Assembly: GCF_913773735.1 (NCBI RefSeq)
Contig: NZ_CAJYEB010000010.1
Coordinates: 237,894 to 301,893 of the forward strand
Reading direction: 5' to 3'
Source: an uncultured Massilia sp.
Lineage (GTDB): Bacteria > Pseudomonadota > Gammaproteobacteria > Burkholderiales > Burkholderiaceae_D
DNA length: 64,000 nucleotides
Shown here in pieces: positions 39,210-49,472 of the stretch; position 1 is the stretch's first letter; each line of letters opens with the position of its first letter. The position numbers and the translations under genes were made by a program. Under the pieces are notes generated by a model that worked only from the letters and a program-made list of their open reading frames with translations, searched no databases and was not told the origin of the DNA.

Positions 39210-40141
39210 CGCGCATGCGCCTGCCCGCGCGCCGCGCCGGCGGCATGACGCTGGTCGAGATGCTGGTGGCGCTGGCCGTCGGCCTGGGCGTGCTGCTGGG
39301 CGCCGGCCGCCTGCTGGCGCACGCCAACGCCACGTACGCGGCGCAGATGGAGATGGCGGCGGTCGACGACGGCGGGCGCTACGCCCTCGAACTGGTCGGG
39401 CGCGCGCTGCGCCAGGCCGCGGCCGTCGATCCCGAGGCGTTGCTGGGTCCTGCCGCGCCGGAGACCTTGCCGGCGCGTCTCGCCGGACTCGACGCCAGCT
39501 CGGTCGGCCGCACCTCGCCCGGCATCGATGCGCCCCTGCCGGATGCCGCCAACGGCAGCGACGTGCTGGCCGTGCGCTTCCCCGGCGCCGGCCCGGCGCC
39601 GGACGGCGACGGCAGCACCGTCAGCTGCGCCGGCTTCACGGTCGCCCGGGGCGAGGAGGGCTGGAGCGTCTTCCACGTGGCGCGCAACGCCGACGGCGAG
39701 GCGGAGCTGCGCTGCAAGTACCGCGGCGCGGCCAACTGGAGCGCGGATGCCGTCGTGGCCGGCGTCGACGGCTTCCAGCTGCTGTACGGCATCGATACCG
39801 ACGAACCGCGCGACGGCGTGCCCAACCGCTACGTGAACGCCGCCGCGATCCGCGCGCTGGACGACGCCCTCGGGGCCGCCGACGCGCAGGACCTGAACCG
39901 GCGCACCTGGTGGAAGCGCGTCGCCAGCGTGCGCGTCGCGCTGCTGCTGCACGGCGCGCGCGCCACCCGCGCGCAGCCGGGCAGCGCCGACTTCGCGCTG
40001 TTCGGGGCCGCCCATGCCGGGGCCGAGGGCGACGACGACGCCGGCACGGTGCTGCACGAAGCGACGATGCCGGCCGACCTGCGGCGGCGCGAGCGGCGCC
40101 TGTTCACGACGACGGTCGCGCTGCCGGCTGCCTTGCCATGA
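39206..40141 (+). CDS. pilW: PilW-family minor pilin
   Basis: G/MTLVE; FQLLYGID and VASVRVALL motifs; ATGA coupling. Confidence 0.85.
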   Translation: MTRMRLPARRAGGMTLVEMLVALAVGLGVLLGAGRLLAHANATYAAQMEMAAVDDGGRYALELVGRALRQAAAVDPEALLGPAAPETLPARLAGLDASSVGRTSPGIDAPLPDAANGSDVLAVRFPGAGPAPDGDGSTVSCAGFTVARGEEGWSVFHVARNADGEAELRCKYRGAANWSADAVVAGVDGFQLLYGIDTDEPRDGVPNRYVNAAAIRALDDALGAADAQDLNRRTWWKRVASVRVALLLHGARATRAQPGSADFALFGAAHAGAEGDDDAGTVLHEATMPADLRRRERRLFTTTVALPAALP

Positions 40142-41046
40142 GCGTCCCGCCTCCCTCTGCGCCGCCGCGCCCGCCGCGTCCGCGACGCTTGCTCCCGCTG
40201 CCACGCCGGCCGCGTGCGCGCGCCCAGCGCGGCGTGGCGCTGGTCTGCGCGCTGCTGTTGCTGGCGGCGGCGATGGTGATCGGCGTCGCGGTCGTGCGCG
40301 GCGCGTTCGCTCTGCTGGCCTCGGCGCGCAACGAAGGCGACCGCATCGCGGCGCGCGCCATGGCCGGGGCGGCGCTGCGCGATGCCGAGCGCGACATCGC
40401 AGGCGCCGCGGCGACGGCGCGGGCGGCGTGGTTCGACCCGGCGGGCGGCGGCGACTTTCCCGGCGGCTGCGGCAGCGGCGCCACCGACCTGGGCCTGTGC
40501 CGCGCGGCGTCGCCGCCCGCCTGGCAGCGCGTCGACCTGGCCGCGGCCGACCCGGGCGCGCTGGTGCCGTACGGCCGCTTCAGCGGCGCCGTGCTGCCGG
40601 TGGGCAGCGACACCCTGCCGGCGCGGCTGCCGCGCTACCTGATCGAGAAGCTGGAGCCGGCCGGCGCCGATGCCGCGCACGGCAGCTTCTACCGCATCAC
40701 CGCCATCGGCTTCGGGATGCGCGCGTCCACCTGGGTCGTACTGCAGGCGCTGTACCGCAAGCCGCGGCCGGCGCCGCCGGACGGACACGCGGGCGAGCAC
40801 GCGGGCGAGGGCGCCGGCGCAGGCGGTCCCGGCCAGGACGCCTCCGGCGGGGGGGACGCCGGACCGCCTGCGGGGCAGGGGCCGGCGCAGGAACCGGAAC
40901 AGTCACCGGCGCAGGCACCGGCACAAGCCCCTCCGGCGGCACCGGACCACCAGCCCGCGGACCCGCCCCGCACGCTGCCCGCCGGCCGCATCGGCTGGCG
41001 CGAAATCGCCAACTGGCCCGAACTGCACGCCCGCGCCAACCAATGA
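40138..41046 (+). CDS. pilX: PilX-family minor pilin with a Pro/Gln/Ala-rich insertion
   Basis: RG/VALV without E5; PRYLIE and YRITAIGFG motifs. Confidence 0.82.
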   Translation: MSVPPPSAPPRPPRPRRLLPLPRRPRARAQRGVALVCALLLLAAAMVIGVAVVRGAFALLASARNEGDRIAARAMAGAALRDAERDIAGAAATARAAWFDPAGGGDFPGGCGSGATDLGLCRAASPPAWQRVDLAAADPGALVPYGRFSGAVLPVGSDTLPARLPRYLIEKLEPAGADAAHGSFYRITAIGFGMRASTWVVLQALYRKPRPAPPDGHAGEHAGEGAGAGGPGQDASGGGDAGPPAGQGPAQEPEQSPAQAPAQAPPAAPDHQPADPPRTLPAGRIGWREIANWPELHARANQ

Positions 41047-41546
41047 CCGCCACCGTGAGGCTCACCATGAAACCATGTCGCGTCACCACCGGATTCACGC
41101 TGCTCGAAGTGTTGATCGTGCTCGCTATCGTATCGATCCTGGTGTCGATCGCCTACCCGACCTATGCCGGCTACATCGTGCGCACGCGCCGCACCGAGGG
41201 GCAGGTGGCCCTGATCGAGGCGATGCAGAAGCAGGAGCGCTACCGCGCCCAGCACAACCGCTACGTCGCGTTCTCGGCCGGCGCATCGGCCGAGGGCGAC
41301 GGCGACGATGCCGGCGGCTTCGCCTGGTGGTCCGGGCACGATGCCGCGTCCAGCGCCTACGAGCTCGATGCGCGCGCCTGTCCGGACATGGCGATCGACG
41401 ACTGCGTCGAGCTGCGCGCGCGGCCGGGCACGGAACGCGTGGACCGGCGCTTCCGCGACCCCGAATGCGGCGCGCTGACGCTGGACAGCCTGGGGCGCCA
41501 GGGGGCGCAGGGCGTGCGGGCCGACGGCGCGAGCTGCTGGCCATGA
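41043..41546 (+). CDS. pilE: Type IV minor pilin PilE
   Basis: G/FTLLEVLIVLAIVSILVSIAYPTY; CGALTLDSLG motif. Confidence 0.85.
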   Translation: MTATVRLTMKPCRVTTGFTLLEVLIVLAIVSILVSIAYPTYAGYIVRTRRTEGQVALIEAMQKQERYRAQHNRYVAFSAGASAEGDGDDAGGFAWWSGHDAASSAYELDARACPDMAIDDCVELRARPGTERVDRRFRDPECGALTLDSLGRQGAQGVRADGASCWP

Positions 41547-42109
41547 GGCGCCTGCCCTCGCGCGGCGGCGCCGGCTTCGCGCTGCCCGAGCTGCTCGTCG
41601 TGCTGGCCATCGCCGCCGTCCTGCTCGGCATCGCCGCGCCGGACTTGCGCGCGCTGGTGCGCACGCTGCAGCTCAAGGCTGCCGCCGGCGACCTGTTCGG
41701 CGCGATCAACCTGGCGCGTGCGCAGGCGCTGGCGCGCGGCCGCCAGGTCAAGCTGATGCCGCTCGATCCGGCGGGACGGGACTGGAGCCGCGGCTGGATC
41801 GTGTTCCAGGACAGCGACGGCGACGGCCAGCCCGGCGCGGGCGACGAACCGATCGCCCGGCACGGGCCGCTGGCGCCGGGGCTGGCCGTCGTCTTCGCCT
41901 TCACGAGCCCAGCGCCGCCTTACTATATCGCCTACAATGGCGCCGGGCGCAGCTGCAGCGAGACCAATAGCGCGGCGGCGCGCTGGGGCACGCTGTCGCT
42001 GTTCCATGGCGACGGCATCCGCCGTATTAAAATCAATATGCTGGGGCGGGCGCGCGTCTGCGATCCGGCGCGCGACGACACCTGCGAGGGCGCGGCCGCG
42101 CCTCCGTGA
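41543..42109 (+). CDS. fimT: FimT/GspH-family pseudopilin
   Basis: G/FALPELLVVLAI; LARAQAL and DWSRGWIVFQD motifs. Confidence 0.82.
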   Translation: MRRLPSRGGAGFALPELLVVLAIAAVLLGIAAPDLRALVRTLQLKAAAGDLFGAINLARAQALARGRQVKLMPLDPAGRDWSRGWIVFQDSDGDGQPGAGDEPIARHGPLAPGLAVVFAFTSPAPPYYIAYNGAGRSCSETNSAAARWGTLSLFHGDGIRRIKINMLGRARVCDPARDDTCEGAAAPP

Positions 42110-42170
42110 TGCTGCGTTCCCCACGAGGCAGCGCCGCACCGGCACAGGAAGCGAGGAACCGGAACACACC

Positions 42171-43277
42171 GTGCAGATCAAGAGCGATACCGAAGGCATG
42201 GCGCTGGCCCTGGAATGGGCGGCGAAGGGCATGTACATCACCGCGCCGAACCCGCGCATCGGCTGCGTGATCGTGCGCGACGGCGCCGTCATCGGCGCCG
42301 GCCACACCCAGCCGGCCGGGCAGGCGCATGCCGAGATCCAGGCGCTGCGCGACGCCCAGGCGCGCGGCAACGACGTGCGCGGCGCCACCGCCTACGTGAC
42401 GCTGGAGCCGTGCAGCCACTACGGCCGCACGCCGCCGTGCTCTAACGCGCTGGTGCAGGCCGGCCTGGGGCGCGTGGTGGCCGCGATGGTCGATCCGAAT
42501 CCGCTGGTGGCGGGACGCGGGCTGGCGCAGCTGGAGGCGGCCGGCATCGACGTCGCCTCCGGCGTGCTGGCCGAGGAGGCCCACGAGCTGAACATCGGCT
42601 TCTTCCGGCGCATGCGCCATGGCCGCCCCTGGGTGCGCCTCAAGACGGCCGCCAGCCTGGACGGCGCCACCGCGCTGGACGATGGCGAGAGCCAGTGGAT
42701 CACCAGCGCGCAGGCGCGCGCCGACGGGCATGCCTGGCGCGCCCGCGCGAGCGCCATCCTCACCGGCATCGGCACCGTCAGGCAGGACGATCCGCAACTG
42801 ACGGCGCGCGGCGTCGATACGCCGCTGCAGCCGCGCCGCGTGATCGTCGACAGCCGCCTCGACATCGATCCCGGCGCGCGCATCCTGCGGGGCGAGCCGT
42901 GCTGGATCGTGGCCGCCGTCGCCGGTACCGCCAAGGAAGCGGCGCTGCGCGCGGCCGGCCACGAGGTCATCGTGCTGCCCAACGCCGCCGGCAAGGTCGA
43001 CCTGCCGGCGCTGATGCTGGAGCTGGGCCGGCGCGAGATCAACGAGTTGCACGTGGAGGCCGGCGCCAGGCTGAACGCCTCGCTGGTGCGCGAAGGCTGC
43101 GTGGACGAGCTGCTGGTCTACCTAGCGCCCAGCCTGGTCGGGCCGGGGCAGGGCATGTTCGCGCTGCCGCCGCTGGCGCGCCTGGCCGACAAGCGCCAGC
43201 TGCGCTTCCATGGCGTGGCCCAGGTCGGGCCGGACCTGCGCATCCTGGCGCGCTTCGCTCACGACCATGCCGAATAA
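42171..43277 (+). CDS. ribD: Bifunctional riboflavin deaminase/reductase
   Basis: PNPRIGC, HAE, YVTLEPCSHYGRTPPC, ASLDG and VEAG motifs. Start GTG 42171 or ATG 42198. Confidence 0.95.
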   Translation: MQIKSDTEGMALALEWAAKGMYITAPNPRIGCVIVRDGAVIGAGHTQPAGQAHAEIQALRDAQARGNDVRGATAYVTLEPCSHYGRTPPCSNALVQAGLGRVVAAMVDPNPLVAGRGLAQLEAAGIDVASGVLAEEAHELNIGFFRRMRHGRPWVRLKTAASLDGATALDDGESQWITSAQARADGHAWRARASAILTGIGTVRQDDPQLTARGVDTPLQPRRVIVDSRLDIDPGARILRGEPCWIVAAVAGTAKEAALRAAGHEVIVLPNAAGKVDLPALMLELGRREINELHVEAGARLNASLVREGCVDELLVYLAPSLVGPGQGMFALPPLARLADKRQLRFHGVAQVGPDLRILARFAHDHAE

Positions 43278-43347
43278 AAACCCTACGGATCATTCATCGA
43301 GCACCGAATAACGACCTCAACCGAACACAAGGAAGGAACCTCAAGCC

Positions 43348-43983
43348 ATGTTTACTGGAATCGTCGCTGCCGTCGGCAGCATCAAGTCGGTCGCGCCGCT
43401 CGCGGGCGGCGCGGACGCCGGCGTGCGCCTCGAGATCGATGCCGGCGGCCTGCCGCTGGCCGACGTCGCCCTGGGCGACTCGATCGCCATCAACGGCGCC
43501 TGCATGACCGTCGTCGAGAAGACCGCCGATGCGTTCGCCGTCGACGTCTCGCGCGAGAGCCTGAACCGCACCGTCGGGCTGGACCAGCCGGGCGAAGTCA
43601 ATCTCGAGAAGGCGCTGACGCTGGCCGAGCGCCTGGGCGGGCACCTGGTGTCGGGCCACGTCGACGGCCTGGGCAGCGTGCACGCCTTCGAGCAGGTGGG
43701 CGAGTCGTACAAGCTGGTCGTCGATGCGCCCCATGAGCTGGGCAAGTTCCTGGCCTACAAGGGATCGGTGGTCGTCAATGGCGTGTCGCTGACCGTCAAC
43801 AGCGTCGAGGACGTGGCCGCCGATGGCGCCGCAGCCGCCTGCTGCCGCTTCTCGATCAACCTGATCCCGCACACGATCGCCGTCACCACGCTCAAGCACC
43901 TGCACGCGGGCGCCCGCGTGAACCTGGAAATCGACCTGATCGCGCGCTACGTCGAGCGCATGCTGGGCGCGGCCAAGGCCTGA
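43348..43983 (+). CDS. ribE: Riboflavin synthase
   Basis: MFTGIV N-terminus; GDSIAINGACMT and RLGGHLVSGHVD motifs. Confidence 0.95.
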   Translation: MFTGIVAAVGSIKSVAPLAGGADAGVRLEIDAGGLPLADVALGDSIAINGACMTVVEKTADAFAVDVSRESLNRTVGLDQPGEVNLEKALTLAERLGGHLVSGHVDGLGSVHAFEQVGESYKLVVDAPHELGKFLAYKGSVVVNGVSLTVNSVEDVAADGAAAACCRFSINLIPHTIAVTTLKHLHAGARVNLEIDLIARYVERMLGAAKA

Positions 43984-43993
43984 CCGGCAACGC

Positions 43994-44144
43994 CGTCGTC
44001 CCGGCGCAGGAGGCTGTCGCAAAAGGCGCATGGCCGTGCACGCACTGACGTGCACGTCGTCCCGGCGGAGGCCGGGACCCAATGCGCATGCAGTGCGACG
44101 GCGCATGCAGCATTGGACCCCGGCCTGCGCCGGGGCGACGTGCT
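43994..44144. repeat. Composite REP/REPIN: truncated REP, MITE-like end, and a long inverted REP doublet
   Basis: REP fragment at 43994-44010 fused to GAGGCTGTCGCAAAAGGC. Inverted copies at 44055-44082 and 44113-44140 form a ~90-nt hairpin. Confidence 0.7.
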
Positions 44145-44298
44145 GGCAGAGCACGCACCCGCAAAACAACCGTGTCCCCTCATCCATTTGACGTAGACTG
44201 CCCGCTGGCAATTCCGGCCGCATGGCGGCGCCCGCGCGCGCCTGTCTCGACGGCGGCGTCGCCCGACATCACAACGACGATACCAAGAGGTAAGCGAC

Positions 44299-46257
44299 AT
44301 GACCCAACGACACCCCACGGCGCTCGCACGCGCCGCCACCCTGGCCGCGCTGCTGGCCGCAGCCGGCGCCGCGACGGCCGATCCCGCCGGCTTGCGCAGC
44401 TACCGCGCGCTGGCGATCTCGGCCGATGGCGAGCGCATCGCGGCGATCGAGACCGTCGACGGCGAACCCAAGGCGGGACCGCGCGTCGTCGTCCGTGCGC
44501 GCAGCGACGGCGCCATCGCCGCCACCTACCAGCTGGCCGAATGCGCCGCCTGCCGCCTGGATGCGCCCAGCTGGTCGCCCGACCAGGCAGCGCTGGCCGT
44601 GATCGGCAGCGATCCGCAAGCCGGTACCGCCACCGTCTACCTGCTGCGCGACGGCCGGATGACGGCGCTCGCGAGCGTCAAGGGCGTCGCCAGCACGGTG
44701 CGCTGGTCGCCGGACGGGCGCCAGCTGGCGTTCCTCGCCACCGTCGGCGCCAGGAAGCTCACCGGCGCCGTCGAGGCGGGAGCGCGCCAGGTCGGCGAGA
44801 TCGGCCTGGCCCAGGAAGAGGATGCGCAGCGCGTGGCCGTCGTGCCGGCGGCGGGCGGCGCGGTGCGGCTGGTGTCCCCGGCCGACACCTTCGTCTACGA
44901 ATACGACTGGACGCCGGACGGCAAGGGTTTCGTCGTCACCAGCGCCAGGGGCAACGGCGACAACAACTGGTGGGTCGCGACGCTGGGCCACGTCGATGCG
45001 GCCAGCGGCGCGCTGCGCGTGCTGGCGGCGCCGAAGATGCAGATGAACATGCCGCATGTGTCGCCGGACGGCCGCACGGTCGCCTTCATCGGCGGCCTGA
45101 TGAGCGATTTCGGCTCGGTCGGCGGCGACGTCTACACGGTGCCGTTCGCGGGCGGCCAGCCGGTCGACGTCACGCCGGGCTACAAGGGGACGTTCAACGG
45201 CATCGCCTGGCGCGGCAAGGAATTGCTGGCGTCGGTGCTGGCCGGCGCCGACGCCGGCGTGGCCGCGATCGACCCGGCCGCGCGCAGCACGCGCCTGCTG
45301 TGGAAGGGGCCGGTGACGGCGACGGCCTCGCGCGACGGCCGCTTCGTGTTCAGCGCCGACGGCAAGGTCGCGGCCTCCGTGCACGAGGATTTCGGCAGTG
45401 CGCCGCGCATCGTCGCCGGCCGCCTGCCTGCGCTGGCGCCCGTCACGCGCGACAACGCACACTTCGCGCCGGCGCTGTCGGCGCGCAGCGTGGCCTGGAC
45501 CAACGAGGGCCATGACGTGCAGGGCTGGCTGGTCGGCCCCGCCCGGGTCGAGCCGGGCAAGACCTACCCGATGATCGTGCAGGTGCACGGCGGCCCGGCG
45601 GCGGCGGTGACGCCGCGCTACGTGGCGGCCGGCGGTACCGGCAACCTGCTGCGCGACCTGGTGGACGAAGGGTATTTCGTGTTCATGCCGAATCCGCGCG
45701 GCAGCTTCGGCCAGGGCAGCGCCTTCACCAGCGCCAACCGGCGCGACTTCGGCGGCGGCGACTGGCGCGACATCCTGGCGGGCGTCGACGCGGCCCTGAA
45801 GGCGGCGCCGATCGACGGCGCGCGCCTGGGCCTGATGGGCCATTCCTACGGCGGCTTCATGACGATGTGGGGCGTGACGCACAGCACCCGCTTCAAGGCC
45901 GCCGTCGCCGGCGCCGGCATCGCCAACTGGATCAGCTACTACGGCCAGAACGGCATCGACCAGTGGATGGTGCCGTTCTTCGGCGCCACCATGTACGACG
46001 ATCCGGCCGTGTACCGCGCCGCCTCGCCGATCGAGTCGATCAAGGCCGCCCGGACGCCGACCTTCATCTACGTGGGCGAGCGCGACGTCGAATGCCCGCC
46101 GGCGCAGTCGCTGGAATTCTGGCACGGGCTGAAGGCGATGGGCGTGCCCACCTCGCTGGTGATCTACGCCGACGAGGGGCACTCGCTGCGCAAGCCGGAG
46201 CACCAGCGCGACCTGCGGGCGCGCGAAATCGGATGGTTCAACAAGTATTTGAAGTAA
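44299..46257 (+). CDS. Secreted S9 (prolyl oligopeptidase-like) peptidase
   Basis: Signal peptide, WSPD propeller repeats, VHGGP, GHSYGG nucleophile and DEGH. Confidence 0.92.
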   Translation: MTQRHPTALARAATLAALLAAAGAATADPAGLRSYRALAISADGERIAAIETVDGEPKAGPRVVVRARSDGAIAATYQLAECAACRLDAPSWSPDQAALAVIGSDPQAGTATVYLLRDGRMTALASVKGVASTVRWSPDGRQLAFLATVGARKLTGAVEAGARQVGEIGLAQEEDAQRVAVVPAAGGAVRLVSPADTFVYEYDWTPDGKGFVVTSARGNGDNNWWVATLGHVDAASGALRVLAAPKMQMNMPHVSPDGRTVAFIGGLMSDFGSVGGDVYTVPFAGGQPVDVTPGYKGTFNGIAWRGKELLASVLAGADAGVAAIDPAARSTRLLWKGPVTATASRDGRFVFSADGKVAASVHEDFGSAPRIVAGRLPALAPVTRDNAHFAPALSARSVAWTNEGHDVQGWLVGPARVEPGKTYPMIVQVHGGPAAAVTPRYVAAGGTGNLLRDLVDEGYFVFMPNPRGSFGQGSAFTSANRRDFGGGDWRDILAGVDAALKAAPIDGARLGLMGHSYGGFMTMWGVTHSTRFKAAVAGAGIANWISYYGQNGIDQWMVPFFGATMYDDPAVYRAASPIESIKAARTPTFIYVGERDVECPPAQSLEFWHGLKAMGVPTSLVIYADEGHSLRKPEHQRDLRAREIGWFNKYLK

Positions 46258-46268
46258 CGTGAAGGGGT

Positions 46269-46340
46269 GGTGCGCACGGGGTGCGCACCCTACGGCGCTG
46301 GCTCGATGCGAACGTCACGCGTGGGCACCCCGTGCCCACC
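46269..46340. repeat. GTAG-type REP pair (family B)
   Basis: Minus-strand GTAGGGTGCGCACCCCGTGCGCACC (46269-46293) and related CGCGTGGGCACCCCGTGCCCACC (46318-46340), between convergent genes. Confidence 0.7.
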
Positions 46341-46364
46341 AAGCGCCGGCATGACATCGCGGCG

Positions 46365-49220
46365 TCATTTCGGCGCCGCCGGCGCCTCCGGATTCAGCAC
46401 CACCTGCACGTAATTCTGCGGATCGAGGTAGCGCTGCGCCGCCTCCCGCACGTCGTGCACCGACAGCGCCGCGACTTCCTTGTCCAGCGTGAGGACGGTG
46501 GACGGGTCGGTCCCCTCGGTCAACGAGGTCTGCAGCACCGCCAGCCAGTAGCCGTTCTCCTGCAGCGACTTGCGGTAGGTCTGCATCCAGTTCGCCTTGA
46601 TCTTGTCCAGGTCGGCCTGGTCCGGGCCGCGCGCGCGCATGCGCTCGATCTCGGCGAAGGTCGTGTCGACCACCTTGCCGACGTTCTGCGGGCCGGTCGG
46701 CAGCGTCACGCCGACCGTGTAGTGCGGGTAGGGCAGGCGCGTCATCGAGCCTTCCATGCCGCCGCCGTAGATCAGGCCCAGCTTCTCGCGCAGCACGTCG
46801 ATGATGCGCAGGTTCATCAGCTCCGTCAGCGCCGACAGGCGCAGTTCCTCGTGCTCGTCGACGTCGGCGGCGCCGGTGAAGGTCAGCGATACCGTGCTGC
46901 GTTCTTCCGAGCCGCTGTTCACCACGCGCTTGACCACGCCGCGCACCGGGCGCACGCCCAGGTCGCGGTAGGCGGTCGGCAGCGGCGGCGTCGGCAGGCT
47001 GCCCAGGTAGGTCGCCAGCAGCGGCTTGATGGCGGCCACGTCGAAGCTGCCGACGAAGATGAAGGTCAGGTCGCGCGCGCTGGAAAAGCGCTCGCGGTAG
47101 ATGGCGATCGCGCGGTCCAGGTCGATGCGCGTGACGTCGTCCGGGCGCAGCGCGCGCGGCGCGCGCGGGTTGTTGTCGTACAGCGTGGCCAGCACGGTGT
47201 CGCCGAACTGCGCGCCCGGCTGCGCCAGGCGGTTGCGCGCCAGTTCCATCTGCTTGCCGATGAACGATTTATACAGATCCTCGTCGCGGCGCACGCCGGC
47301 GAACTTCAGCCATACCATCTGCAGCATCGTCTCGACGTCGGTGGCGCCGGCGGTGCCGGCCACGACGTCGGTGTGGCTGCCCAGGCCCGCGCTGACGGCG
47401 GCCGCCTTGCCGGCCAGGATCTTGCGCAGGTCGAGCGGCGAAAAGTCCTTCAGGCCCATCGAGGCGACGATGGCGTCGGCATAGCGCGCATTGAAGATGT
47501 CACGCTCGTCGAACAGGCTCTGGCCGCCGAAGCGGGCGGCGCTCATCAGCACCTGGTCGTTGCGGAACGTGGTGGGCTTGAGGATCACCTTGACGCCGTT
47601 CGACAGCGCCAGGCGGGTCAGGCCGAGGCGCTCGTCGTGCGTCTCCCCGACGATGCGTCCCGGCGCCGGCGGCTTGTCCAGCAGGCGCGCGGCGACGGCC
47701 TTCTCGGCGTCGTTCGCCTGCACGTCGAGGCGCTCGGCGCGGGCGACGGCGGCCAGCAGCTCGTCGCCGCTCGGGATCGCGGCGCCGTCCTTCTCCGCGC
47801 CCTGGGCCGGGCCGGTGTAGACCACCAGCTTGCCCGAATCGGCCGGGATGGTGCGGCGCGCATAGGCGTTGATCTCGTCCAGCGTGATGCCCGGCACCAG
47901 TTCGCTGACGTAGCGGTACTCGGCATCGATGCCGGGGATCGCCTCGCCTTCGAGGAAGTGGCGCATGTATTCGGACGCGTAGACGGCCGAATCGGTCTTG
48001 TCGCGCTCGTTCCAGGCCCGTTCGTAGGTGCGCAGCAGGGTCTTCTTGACGCGCTCCAGTTCCTGCGCGCCGAAGCCGAACTTGCGGGCGCGCTCGTTTT
48101 CCTGCACCAGCGCGTCGATGGCGGCCGGGGCGCCGTTCTCGCCCAGCGCCGCGGTCGCGTTCCAGGAGCGGTAGCGCGGGGTCAGGCGCGACAGCGCGCT
48201 GCTGGCCGCCATGAACGGCGGCGTCGGCAGCTGCGCCAGTTCCGCCAGGCGCTGGTTCAGCATGCCCGAGAACAGGCTCTCGACCAGCTGCTCGCGGTAG
48301 CCGCCGATGGTGGCGCGCTCGCGGTAGGGCAGCACCGGATAGCGGATCAGGATCGAGGCCGGCCCCGCTTCCTTGTCGGTGACGACCAGCGCCTCGGTGC
48401 CGGCGCGCGGCGGGATCGCGGCGTACTCGCGCGGGCGCGCCGGCGCCGGGTTCTTCAGGCCGGCGAAGTGGCGCTTGACCAGTTGCTCGATGTGGGCCGG
48501 ATCGACGTCGCCGACGGCGACCACGGCCATCAGGTCGGGCCGGTACCAGTCGCGGTAGAAGCGGCGCAGCGCGTCGGGACGGAAGTTGCGGATCACGTCT
48601 TCCTGGCCGATCGGCAGGCGCTCGGCGTAGCGCGAGCCATTGTAGATCTTCGGCATCAGGACTTTCTGCATGCGGTCGCCGGCGCCCTTGCCGAGGCGCA
48701 GCTCCTCCAGGATGATGTCGCGCTCCTTGTCGATGTCGGCGTCGTTCAGCGTCAGGCCGTGGGCCCAGTCTTCCAGCACCAGGAAGGCCTTGTCCAGTTC
48801 CTGCCGGCCCGCGACCGGGACCGGCAGGATGTACACGGTTTCGTCGAACGAAGTGTAGGCGTTCAGGTCGGCGCCGAACTTCACGCCGATCGACTGCAGG
48901 TAGGACACCAGTTCGTGCTTCTTGAAATGCGTCGAGCCGTTGAACGCCATGTGCTCGGTGAAGTGGGCCAGGCCGCGCTGGTCCTCGTCCTCCAGGATCG
49001 AGCCGGCCTTGACGACCAGGCGCAGCTCGAGCTTGCGCTCCGGCTTGCGGTTCTGCTGGATGTAATAGGTGAGGCCGTTCGGCAGCTTGCCGACCCGGAC
49101 CAGGGGGCCGACCGGCAGCGGATCGTCGAGCCTCAGCGCGGCGGCACCCGCCAGGCCGCTGGCGCACAGGATGAGGAACAGGACGATCGACTGGGTGAAA
49201 CGGGCGAAACGATGAGTCAT
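46365..49220 (-). CDS. M16 zinc peptidase (PqqL-like)
   Basis: Signal peptide, HFTEH inverted zinc motif, [20 protein letters not shown]; 951 aa. Confidence 0.92.
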   Translation of the reverse strand: MTHRFARFTQSIVLFLILCASGLAGAAALRLDDPLPVGPLVRVGKLPNGLTYYIQQNRKPERKLELRLVVKAGSILEDEDQRGLAHFTEHMAFNGSTHFKKHELVSYLQSIGVKFGADLNAYTSFDETVYILPVPVAGRQELDKAFLVLEDWAHGLTLNDADIDKERDIILEELRLGKGAGDRMQKVLMPKIYNGSRYAERLPIGQEDVIRNFRPDALRRFYRDWYRPDLMAVVAVGDVDPAHIEQLVKRHFAGLKNPAPARPREYAAIPPRAGTEALVVTDKEAGPASILIRYPVLPYRERATIGGYREQLVESLFSGMLNQRLAELAQLPTPPFMAASSALSRLTPRYRSWNATAALGENGAPAAIDALVQENERARKFGFGAQELERVKKTLLRTYERAWNERDKTDSAVYASEYMRHFLEGEAIPGIDAEYRYVSELVPGITLDEINAYARRTIPADSGKLVVYTGPAQGAEKDGAAIPSGDELLAAVARAERLDVQANDAEKAVAARLLDKPPAPGRIVGETHDERLGLTRLALSNGVKVILKPTTFRNDQVLMSAARFGGQSLFDERDIFNARYADAIVASMGLKDFSPLDLRKILAGKAAAVSAGLGSHTDVVAGTAGATDVETMLQMVWLKFAGVRRDEDLYKSFIGKQMELARNRLAQPGAQFGDTVLATLYDNNPRAPRALRPDDVTRIDLDRAIAIYRERFSSARDLTFIFVGSFDVAAIKPLLATYLGSLPTPPLPTAYRDLGVRPVRGVVKRVVNSGSEERSTVSLTFTGAADVDEHEELRLSALTELMNLRIIDVLREKLGLIYGGGMEGSMTRLPYPHYTVGVTLPTGPQNVGKVVDTTFAEIERMRARGPDQADLDKIKANWMQTYRKSLQENGYWLAVLQTSLTEGTDPSTVLTLDKEVAALSVHDVREAAQRYLDPQNYVQVVLNPEAPAAPK

Positions 49221-49472
49221 GCGGAGGATGTCCGGTTGAGGCAGGAAACACCCATTCTACATGGCAAGTTAGTCGACACAATGGTAGAAAACCATGACCG
49301 TGCCCCTGCAGCGCGGACCGCGTCGTTGTCGAAGTGCAACGAAGATCCCCGCCAAAAGGCGGTTCGGGGCGGCCGGCGGCCGGCGGATGGCCCGGGGAGG
49401 CAGTGAAATGCTGGCAAATCCATTAAAATAACGGATTTGGCGCGCCCCGCCGCCCCGTTTCGAGGAACCCAC

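Noticed and set aside
49221-49472. FMN riboswitch upstream of ribB (also checked before ribD and ribE)
   Set aside because: The conserved AGGGCGGGGTGAAATTCCC and AAAGTCCGGATG blocks are absent.
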